64,000 nt of DNA, taken from Thermoplasmata archaeon. GTDB lineage: Archaea; Thermoplasmatota; Thermoplasmata; UBA10834. The notes under the pieces were generated by a model. It worked only from the letters and a program-made list of their open reading frames with translations. It made no database searches and had not been told where the DNA came from. The stretch lies in NCBI GenBank assembly GCA_020696365.1, contig JAEHCM010000001.1:166987-230986 (forward strand), written 5' to 3'. Below are positions 56,980 through 64,000 of this stretch, one piece after another; within the stretch, counting starts at the first letter, position 1, and each line of letters starts with the position of its first letter. The position numbers were made by a program, and so were the translations under genes.

Positions 56980-59900
56980 TGCTTCACCTCCTGGTTCTCC
57001 GCGGCATCCTCAAGCGCCGCGTCTATCATCGCCACAATCTGCTCGTCACTGAAGCCCATCTGTGTTAGCGCTCCAGATGGACATGCGCCCACGCACGCTC
57101 CGCAGCCCTTGCACAGGCCCACGTTGATATCGAGGGTCTTCTTCTTCTCGTCCTTTTTGTCGGGGACGATCTCGAGCGCCTTGTACTCGCACGTCGGGAC
57201 ACATATGCCGCAGCCGTCGCAGAGCGTCTCGTCGAGGAACGCGACGATGCCCTCCGCCTCGAGGGTCGTCTTCGACAGTACGGTCATCGCGCGCGATACG
57301 GTGGCCAGACCCTGTCCGATGCACTCGTCCAGGAACTTCGGCCCGTGCGCCAGACCGGCGACGTACACTCCCTCCGTGGCGAAGTCGACCGGCCTGAGTT
57401 TCATGTGCGCCTCAAGGAAGAATCCCTCCTTCGTAATGGGCACCTTCAGCATCGGCGCGAGCTCCTCGGAGCCGTCACTCGGCCGCGTGCCTGCGGCGAG
57501 CACCAGGTTGTCAGGCGTGAGCACGACCTCCTTGCCAGTGTCCTCGTCCGTCACGCGCACCTCGATCTTGCCGCCCTTGTCCTCGACCTGCGGCTTGGTG
57601 CCGTCTTCGAACCTTATGAAGGTCACGCCCTTCTCGGCAGCCTCTTTGTAGTACTTCTCGCGGAAGCCGTAGGTCCTGATGTCCCTGTAGAGAACGAAGA
57701 CCTTCGCATCGGGGTCCTTCTCCTTCACCTTGATCGCCGCGGTCATCGTGCCCGTGCAACACACGCGCGAGCAGTTCGGATGGCCTTCCTCACGCGAGCC
57801 GACGCACTGTATGAACGCGTACGAGTCTCCCTTGACCTCGCCCTTCTTGAGCTTGTCCTTGAACTCGAGCAGGGTCATCACGCCGGGGTTTTTGCCGTAG
57901 AGGTACTCGCCATCCGGCTTGTACTCCTGCGCCCCAACGGCGACTATGACCGTGCCGTGCTCCATCTCCTCGCCGGACTCGAGCGTCGTCTTGAAGTTGC
58001 CGACATACCCGTCGATGCTCTTGACCTTCTTGCCGGTGTAGACAGTTATGTTCGGGTCGGAGGCGACCTCCTTCGCGAGCGACTGGACGTACTCCACCGG
58101 GTCGTCCCCGGACGGGAGGTAGTGCAGCTTCAGCAGGGTGCCGCCCAGCTCTTTCTCCTTCTCGACCAGATGAACCTTGACGCCCTGCTTCGCCAGCTCG
58201 AGCGCCGCCACCATGCCGGACGCGCCTCCGCCGACCACGAGCGCCTGCTGGTTGACATTGATTGTCAGGTTCTCCAGCGATTCCAGCAACCTGGACTTCG
58301 CAACGGCCATGCGCACGAGATCCTTCGCCTTCTTCGTCGCAGCTGCGGGTTCGTGCATGTGTATCCACGAGCATTGGTCCCGTATGTTCGCCATCTCGAA
58401 CAGGTACGCGTTGAGCCCGGCCTCCTTGATGGTGTTCTGGAACAGCGGCTCGTGCGTCCTGGGCGTGCAGCTCGCGACGACGACCCTGTTCAGGTTGTGC
58501 TCCTTCACCATCTGTTTGATCTTCTCCTGCGTGTCCTGCGAGCAAGTATACAGGTTCTCCTCCGCATACACGACGTTCGGAAGGGACCTCGCGTACTCAG
58601 CCACCGACGGCACCTTGACGACGCCGCCTATGTTGATCCCGCAGTGACACACGAACACGCCTATCCGCGGCTCCTGCTCCGAGACGTCTATCTCGGCAGG
58701 ATACTCCTTCTTCGTGACGAGCGTGTCCCTGGCAGATGCGATCTCGGACGCGGCCTTCGCCGCCGCCCCGCTCGCCTCCGCGACTGTCATCGGGATGTCC
58801 TTCGGCGACGAGAACGCGCCACTGACGAACACTCCCGGACGGGATGTGCTGACAGGGGTGAACGCCCCGGTCTCGCAGAAACCGTCGTCGTTCAGGCTGA
58901 AATTCATGACCTTGCTGAGCGCCTCGGCGTCCTCCGGAGGCCTCAGGCCCACTGCGAGCACGACCAGCCCGAACTCCTCCTCCTTGGGCTCCCCCTTCTC
59001 CACGTACTTGAGTATCAGGTTCTTCGTCTTCGGGTCCTCGAACACGGATGCAACCCTGGAACGGACGAACTCGATGCCGTACTCGTCCTTGGCCCTGTTG
59101 TAGTACTCCTCGAATTCCTTGCCGAAGGCCCTCATGTCCATGAAGAATATCTTGGGCTTGATGTTCCCGCCATGCTCCTTGGCTATGATGGCCTCCTTGA
59201 TGGAGTACATGCAGCAGACGCCGGAACAGTACTCGTTGCCGACCTTCTCGTCCCTCGAGCCGACGCATTGTATGAACGCTATCTTCTCGGGTATGTCCCC
59301 GTCCGAAGGTCTCATGACCGTGCCGAAGTGCGGTCCTGTGGCGCTGAGTATCCTCTCGAACTCGATGCTCGAGACGACGTTCTGGTACACGCCGTACCCG
59401 TACTCCGCCTTGAGCCTCGCGTCGAACTCGTCGAAGCCAGGCGATACGATGATCGAGCCGACCTTGATCTCGAAGTCCTTCTCCTTCTGATCGTATTCGA
59501 CCGCGTCGGCCTTGCACTCCTCCGCGCATATGCCGCAGCCGATGCACTTCTCCGGGTCGATCGAGTAGATGAGGGGCACTGCCTGCGGGTACTTGACGAA
59601 TATCGCCTTCCGCACCTTCGTGTTCTCGTTGTACTCGTCAGTCGTCTCTATCGGACACTTCTGGGCGCAGCTACCACAGCCCGTACATTTCGAGGCGTCC
59701 ACTCTGAGCGCCCTCTGCTTGCCGGTCACCGTGAAGTTGCCCTCCTGTCCGTCGACTTTGACGATGTCCGCGTTCGTTATCAGATCGATGTTGTGGTGCC
59801 TCCCGGTCGCGACGAGCTTCGGCGCCATGATGCACATGGCGCAGTCGTTCGTCGGGAAGGTCTTGTCGAGCTGGGCCATCGCGCCGCCTATGCTCGGTTG

Positions 59901-60017
59901 CTTCTCGACCAGGTATACTTTGAACCCTGAGTCGGCCAGGTCGAGCGCCGACTGCAGGCCTGAGATGCCGCCTCCGACGACCATGACCGCTCCAATCTTG
60001 TCAGTAGCTGCCATCAC
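56976..60017 (-). CDS. hdrA: tandem HdrA-like flavoprotein (QmoA-like FAD/ferredoxin module fused to a complete HdrA)
   Basis: 1013 aa. The N-terminal half is an HdrA FAD domain (VVGGGISG, DKTFPTNDCAMC, two inserted CxxCxxCxxxCP) lacking the N-terminal Cys cluster. Then a complete HdrA: VFVCHCGINIGG, second FAD site VVGGGASGMVAA, CSRVCCTG, and C-terminal 2x[4Fe-4S]. Confidence 0.8.
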   Translation of the reverse strand: MMAATDKIGAVMVVGGGISGLQSALDLADSGFKVYLVEKQPSIGGAMAQLDKTFPTNDCAMCIMAPKLVATGRHHNIDLITNADIVKVDGQEGNFTVTGKQRALRVDASKCTGCGSCAQKCPIETTDEYNENTKVRKAIFVKYPQAVPLIYSIDPEKCIGCGICAEECKADAVEYDQKEKDFEIKVGSIIVSPGFDEFDARLKAEYGYGVYQNVVSSIEFERILSATGPHFGTVMRPSDGDIPEKIAFIQCVGSRDEKVGNEYCSGVCCMYSIKEAIIAKEHGGNIKPKIFFMDMRAFGKEFEEYYNRAKDEYGIEFVRSRVASVFEDPKTKNLILKYVEKGEPKEEEFGLVVLAVGLRPPEDAEALSKVMNFSLNDDGFCETGAFTPVSTSRPGVFVSGAFSSPKDIPMTVAEASGAAAKAASEIASARDTLVTKKEYPAEIDVSEQEPRIGVFVCHCGINIGGVVKVPSVAEYARSLPNVVYAEENLYTCSQDTQEKIKQMVKEHNLNRVVVASCTPRTHEPLFQNTIKEAGLNAYLFEMANIRDQCSWIHMHEPAAATKKAKDLVRMAVAKSRLLESLENLTINVNQQALVVGGGASGMVAALELAKQGVKVHLVEKEKELGGTLLKLHYLPSGDDPVEYVQSLAKEVASDPNITVYTGKKVKSIDGYVGNFKTTLESGEEMEHGTVIVAVGAQEYKPDGEYLYGKNPGVMTLLEFKDKLKKGEVKGDSYAFIQCVGSREEGHPNCSRVCCTGTMTAAIKVKEKDPDAKVFVLYRDIRTYGFREKYYKEAAEKGVTFIRFEDGTKPQVEDKGGKIEVRVTDEDTGKEVVLTPDNLVLAAGTRPSDGSEELAPMLKVPITKEGFFLEAHMKLRPVDFATEGVYVAGLAHGPKFLDECIGQGLATVSRAMTVLSKTTLEAEGIVAFLDETLCDGCGICVPTCEYKALEIVPDKKDEKKKTLDINVGLCKGCGACVGACPSGALTQMGFSDEQIVAMIDAALEDAAENQEVKQ

Positions 60018-60880
60018 TGCTCACCTCCGATCTCGATGGTCTTGTAGAGCGGTGTGAACCCCTCCGGGTGCTCCATCGCGATCATGCTGTTCTGTCTGAG
60101 TAGGACGATGTGCCTGAGTATCCTGTCCGTGGGTACCTCCATGACCATGCCCAGCTGTTTCACCGATATGGGTCTTATCCGTGCCAACTCGAGTATCAGC
60201 GCCCTCTCGAATTCCTCCTCCGTTGCGACATCTATGATGCCGCTGAGTTTCTCGGGATCGAGCTTGTCACCGTACGCGTTCCCCTTGCTGAGGAGGTTGA
60301 ACTCCTTCCCAACCAGGGCCTTCAATCTGAAAGTCTCGGAGGCGTCGTCAGCGGCTGCGACCTTCGCCTTCATCATATCATCCGTGTGTATCTTGCTCGG
60401 TCCTAGTTTCTGGATCTCCTCGGTGAATTCCGTTACGACCTTGGAGAACTTCTCTCCCTCGGACGCCGAGACCCATTCGAGCCTCAGCCGCCCTTCGTCG
60501 ACCCCCGCTTCTCTGAGCAGCCTCTTCATCAGGTTCACGCGCTTCTCCGTGTGGTAATTGCCCGTCATGTAGTGACAGTCGTTCAGGTGACATCCTCCGA
60601 TGAGGATGCCGTCGGCACCAGCCTCGAAGACTTCGAGTACAATGTGTGGGCTCACCCTCGTGGAGCACATCACCCTGACGAGGCGGATGTTCGTCGGATA
60701 CTGGAACCTGCTGACGCCGCATAGGTCGGCGCCTGCGTACGAGCACCAGTTGCAGAGGAAGCCGACGATCTTCGGCTCCCATTCCTTGTCGGCCTCGGCC
60801 TTCTTCTTGCCGTGATGAGCGGTGTGATGCTTCTCCGTCATGTCCTCACACCTCCTCCAAGGCCGCTTTTGCCTCCGCAA
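60014..60880 (-). CDS. MvhD-like [2Fe-2S] protein fused to a C-terminal wHTH-like domain
   Basis: N-terminal FLCNWCSY...RVMCSTRV...GGCHLNDCHY (MvhD) with a C-terminal domain of about 100 aa homologous to the ORF at 56132..56515. The likely start is the internal Met at 60841. Confidence 0.75.
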   Translation of the reverse strand: MRRQKRPWRRCEDMTEKHHTAHHGKKKAEADKEWEPKIVGFLCNWCSYAGADLCGVSRFQYPTNIRLVRVMCSTRVSPHIVLEVFEAGADGILIGGCHLNDCHYMTGNYHTEKRVNLMKRLLREAGVDEGRLRLEWVSASEGEKFSKVVTEFTEEIQKLGPSKIHTDDMMKAKVAAADDASETFRLKALVGKEFNLLSKGNAYGDKLDPEKLSGIIDVATEEEFERALILELARIRPISVKQLGMVMEVPTDRILRHIVLLRQNSMIAMEHPEGFTPLYKTIEIGGEQ

Positions 60881-62720
60881 GCAGCTGCTGATCGGTGTAA
60901 TGTGTCATGGTGATGGCACCCTCCGGGCAAGTGGCACCGCAACAACCACAGCCCTTGCACGCTGCGACGATCACCTCGGTGATACCCTCTTCGTTCTTCC
61001 TCAGGGCGCTGTATGGGCACGTTTCGACGCATGTCCCGCAGCCAGTGCACTTCGTCTCGTCGACTATTGAAGTGAGCGCCTCGGCCTGGACGAACCCGTT
61101 CGCAAGAGGTATCGATGCCCTCGAGGCAGCAGCAGCAGCCTGAGAGACGGCCTCCGAGATGTCGGCCGGTCCTCTGCAAGTCCCGCAGACGTACACTCCA
61201 TCGGTCGCGAAGTCCACCGGTCTCAGCTTGACATGCGCCTCTTGGAAGAAGCCGTCTTGTCCGAGCGGGACCTTCAGCAGCTGCGATAGTGTGGCAGCGT
61301 CTGGCTGGGCCACGAGCGGAGTCGAGAGTATGACCAAGTCAACGGGCATCGTCCTCTCCATCTTCAGCGTCTCGTGGAAGTATCCGACCTCGAGCTTTCC
61401 GTCCTTAACGGATACCTTCGGAAGGTTGTCCGGTAGGTATCTGACGAACTTGACTCTCTTCTCCCTAGCCTTGTTGAACTCGAGCTCGTGTTCGACGCCG
61501 TACGACATGACGTCCCTGTTGAACACCGTGACCTCGACACCACTGGACGGAGCGGCCTCCTCGCCGGCCTCATCCTCGTCACCTCGGCCTCTGCCCCGCC
61601 TTCTTCGCCTTCTGTCAGACCCCTCTTCCTCCGCCTTCTTCTCGGCGGCGGGTTCTTCCACGACCTCTCCTGTCTCCGCTGCCTTCTCCTCGGTCACGCC
61701 GAGCATGTTGTCGCGATTCTCGGCAATGTTTATCGCGCTCTTGATCGCGACGTTGCAGCAGACCCTGGAGCAGTATGAGACCTTCTGCCCTCTCGCGCCA
61801 ACGCATTGTATGAAAGCGACGCTCTTCAGCTTGGGCAGTTCCTTCTTGTTGCAGAGCTCCTCGAACTCTGTGGATGTGATGACGTTCGGGTGTTCCTTGT
61901 ACCCGAACAACCCCTCGGGTACCAGCGGGACCGCGCCCGTGGCCACGATGATGGTGCCAACCTTGACTTCTTTGGCCTCAGCCCCGTCCCCTCCTATGGA
62001 GATATCATAGTTGCCTATGAACCCCTCCACCGATGCGACGTGCGAGTTGAGGTGCTGTGTGATGTTCTTGTGGGCGTTCACCTTGTCGATGAGTGGCTTG
62101 ATCGTCTCGTTGGCGCTCTTGGTGGTCATCATGAGGCCGTGCAGGTTCTTCACGAACCCTCCGAGCTCCTCGTCCTTCTCGACGAGGTGCACCGGGAATC
62201 CCATGTTCGCCAGCGACAGCGCTGCCGTCATCCCGGACACGCCGCCTCCGACGACGAGCGCGGTGGGCGTAACATCGACCTTCGTCTCCTCCTGGGGCTC
62301 CAGGAATCGGGCTCTCGCAACACCCATCCTGACCAAGTCCTTCGCCTTCTGGGTCGCCTTCTCCTTCTCTTTCATGTGGACCCACGAGCAGTGCTCACGG
62401 ATGTTGACGAACGTGAACATGTACTTGTTCACGCCAGCAGCCTCGCATGTCCGTTGGAAGAGAGGGGCGTGCGTCCTGGGTGTGCAGCTCGACACTATCA
62501 CTCTGTCGAGGTTGTGTTCCTTGATGCTATCCTTGATGTTGTTGAGACCGTCCTCGGCACATGTGTAGAGGTTGTCCGCTGCGTACGCAACGTCCGGGAG
62601 GGTTGACGCATACTCGGTCACGGCCTTCACATCGACAAAGCCGCCTATGTTGGACCCACAGTGGCAGATGAATACTCCGATCCGTGGTTTCTCCTTCTCG
62701 GTGCTTGTGTTCTCGGGCAT
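60846..62720 (-). CDS. hdrA: heterodisulfide reductase subunit A-like flavoprotein
   Basis: VFICHCGSNIGG N-terminal Cys domain, FAD site LVVGGGVSGMTAA, CSRVCC, and C-terminal ferredoxin CTGCGTCVETCP ... CKGCGCCGATCP. Carries a low-complexity insertion around 61535..61715. Confidence 0.85.
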   Translation of the reverse strand: MPENTSTEKEKPRIGVFICHCGSNIGGFVDVKAVTEYASTLPDVAYAADNLYTCAEDGLNNIKDSIKEHNLDRVIVSSCTPRTHAPLFQRTCEAAGVNKYMFTFVNIREHCSWVHMKEKEKATQKAKDLVRMGVARARFLEPQEETKVDVTPTALVVGGGVSGMTAALSLANMGFPVHLVEKDEELGGFVKNLHGLMMTTKSANETIKPLIDKVNAHKNITQHLNSHVASVEGFIGNYDISIGGDGAEAKEVKVGTIIVATGAVPLVPEGLFGYKEHPNVITSTEFEELCNKKELPKLKSVAFIQCVGARGQKVSYCSRVCCNVAIKSAINIAENRDNMLGVTEEKAAETGEVVEEPAAEKKAEEEGSDRRRRRRGRGRGDEDEAGEEAAPSSGVEVTVFNRDVMSYGVEHELEFNKAREKRVKFVRYLPDNLPKVSVKDGKLEVGYFHETLKMERTMPVDLVILSTPLVAQPDAATLSQLLKVPLGQDGFFQEAHVKLRPVDFATDGVYVCGTCRGPADISEAVSQAAAAASRASIPLANGFVQAEALTSIVDETKCTGCGTCVETCPYSALRKNEEGITEVIVAACKGCGCCGATCPEGAITMTHYTDQQLLAEAKAALEEV

Positions 62721-62726
62721 GTCTGT

Positions 62727-64000
62727 TCACCCTCCTCCTGAATTGGCGAGGACTTCCGCTGCCTTGGCAGCCGCACTCGATCCCTGGGCAACGGATTCCG
62801 GGATGTCGGCCGGTCCTGCGCAATATCCCGCGAGGTATATCCCGGGCAGGTCGCTCTTGCCGAAGTCCAGGATGCTGTCGGGAGACTCGAAGAAACCGAA
62901 TTCCGTTAGCTTCAACCCGAGCTTCTTCGCCAGTTCGATAGTGTCCTTCCTGGGAACGAGCGTCGTCGCGAGCACGACTGCGTCGAACTCCTCCGTCTGC
63001 TGCTTGCCCCCCACGTCGAAGACGACCACCGGATTGTTGGTCTCCGCGTTCTCCTGTACGGTTGCATCGGAGTTGATGTAGCTGACTCCGTAATCGCTCT
63101 TAGCCCTCTCGATGTACTCGTTGAAGCCTTTCGCGCAGGCCCTCATGTCCTTGTAGAATATCGTCGAATTGGCGTCTTCATAGTGTTCCCTGGCGAGCAT
63201 AGCCTCCTTTGTGGCATGCATGCAGCACACCGAACAGCAATAGGGATGCCCCACCTGCGGGTTTCTCGATCCGACGCACTGGATGAACGCCAGTTTCTTC
63301 GGATGCTCCCCATCGGATCGCCTCACTATGTGTCCTCCAGTGGGTCCCGAGGCGTTGATCATACGCTCATACTCCATCGCCGTGTAGACGTTGGGATACT
63401 TCTTGTAGCCGTACTCTGAGGCGGATGTCGGGTCCCACACATCGAAGCCCGTGGCGACTATGACCGCCCCCGGATTCAGCGTTACGACCTGGTCCTTCAT
63501 GTTGTAGTCGATGGCATTGGGGCCACACGCAATGGCGCACGCCTCGCACTGGGAGCACGGTCCGCAGTTCACACATCGAGCCGCCTCCTTGAGCGCCTCC
63601 TCCTTCGTGAACACCCTCTCGACCTCCTCGAAAGAGGTCTTGCGCTTATCATCCGGAATGTGTTGCCTGAGGACACGCTCGCTCTTCGGGATATCTCCGT
63701 CCATTCGCGCCTTGATGTCTTCGAGCGTGATCACATGCTCATTCTTCTCCTCTGGTTCCGGCTCGATGCTCTCCCCGTTCAACGACTTCTCGATGTATCG
63801 AGCGGCCTTGTTGCCAGCCGCGAACGCCTCGACAGCCGACGCGGGTCCTGAAACGGCATCTCCGCCTGCGAAGACGCCTGGGATGTTGGTGCTTAGGTTG
63901 CCGGGGTTGACCTCCAGGGTCTTCCACTTCGTGACCGCTAGATCCTTCGAGCCAAGGGCGTCCAGGTCCGGCGCCTGGCTCACTGCTGGGATGACCGTGT
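62727..64000 (-). CDS. partial (5' end beyond window): HdrA/QmoA-like FAD-ferredoxin module preceded by an NAD(P)H-oxidoreductase-like C-terminal GD motif
   Basis: The visible part has GVFAGGDAVSGPASAVEAFAAGNKAARYI (end of a pyridine-nucleotide-disulfide oxidoreductase fold), then CVNCGPCSQCEACAIACGP, then an HdrA-like FAD domain (AFIQCVGSR ... YCCSVCCM). The frame stays open to the window edge. Confidence 0.6.
   Translation of the reverse strand, partial: TVIPAVSQAPDLDALGSKDLAVTKWKTLEVNPGNLSTNIPGVFAGGDAVSGPASAVEAFAAGNKAARYIEKSLNGESIEPEPEEKNEHVITLEDIKARMDGDIPKSERVLRQHIPDDKRKTSFEEVERVFTKEEALKEAARCVNCGPCSQCEACAIACGPNAIDYNMKDQVVTLNPGAVIVATGFDVWDPTSASEYGYKKYPNVYTAMEYERMINASGPTGGHIVRRSDGEHPKKLAFIQCVGSRNPQVGHPYCCSVCCMHATKEAMLAREHYEDANSTIFYKDMRACAKGFNEYIERAKSDYGVSYINSDATVQENAETNNPVVVFDVGGKQQTEEFDAVVLATTLVPRKDTIELAKKLGLKLTEFGFFESPDSILDFGKSDLPGIYLAGYCAGPADIPESVAQGSSAAAKAAEVLANSGGG

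Noticed and set aside
57345-59930. 861-aa ORF on the plus strand (also 58597..59547 and others), rich in Arg/Leu/Val
   Set aside because: It lies entirely antisense to the well-supported hdrA gene. A long stop-free antisense frame is a typical artefact of high-GC coding DNA, and it has no recognisable motifs.
53595-62720. Selenocysteine (in-frame TGA) in hydrogenase/Hdr/MvhD genes, as in Methanococcales
   Set aside because: All expected Sec positions are encoded as Cys codons, and no in-frame TGA occurs within these ORFs.
1-64000. CRISPR arrays, transposases, integrases or prophage genes
   Set aside because: No regularly spaced direct repeats and no recombinase-like ORFs were seen. The tRNA genes are not flanked by integrase genes.

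Overview
GC-rich archaeal chromosomal window (about 60% GC by eye), mostly dense, operonic housekeeping genes.

Lineage: three of four tRNA genes carry canonical-position introns, and the window has archaeal Sec61beta, CDC48, aTrm56, Elp3, HdrA/MvhADG and pyruvate:ferredoxin oxidoreductase. This fits a Thermoplasmata-like or methanogen-related euryarchaeon; lineage confidence is low.

Main recognisable content, 5' to 3':
- leuC-leuD-type dehydratase plus an E. coli-type NADP isocitrate dehydrogenase.
- Cation/H+ antiporter, thioredoxin reductase, S9 peptidase, a tiny desulforedoxin-like gene, and an AhpD-like peroxidase.
- Two ABC transporters.
- aTrm56, an HD hydrolase, a gamma carbonic anhydrase-like protein, thioredoxin, and Elp3.
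- Two large TPR proteins.
- CDC48, porCD-porA-porB, a GNAT acetyltransferase, class II LysRS, and Sec61beta.
- A contiguous ten-gene histidine operon: hisG-D-C-H-A-B-F-IE plus a PHP histidinol phosphatase.
- NikR, a secreted clostripain-like peptidase, peroxiredoxin, NadE next to a separate nitrilase-like protein, and a REC-PAS-histidine kinase locus.
- MobA, HypE and a hydrogenase maturation protease.
- A large minus-strand Hdr/Mvh cluster: MvhA, MvhG, two MvhD copies, and three HdrA paralogues, one of them a 1013-aa tandem form. It runs off the window end.

Most unusual features: the multi-HdrA/MvhD cluster carries a recurring wHTH-like domain attached to MvhD and a partly visible upstream HdrA-like flavoprotein. 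There is an in-frame TAG inside a receiver domain fused in frame to a PAS-histidine kinase. A receiver gene has no canonical start. A periplasmic-binding-protein gene looks circularly permuted. A TPR pair carries Zn-ribbon, Mrr-like and SAP-like ends.

No CRISPR arrays, transposases or integrases were found.
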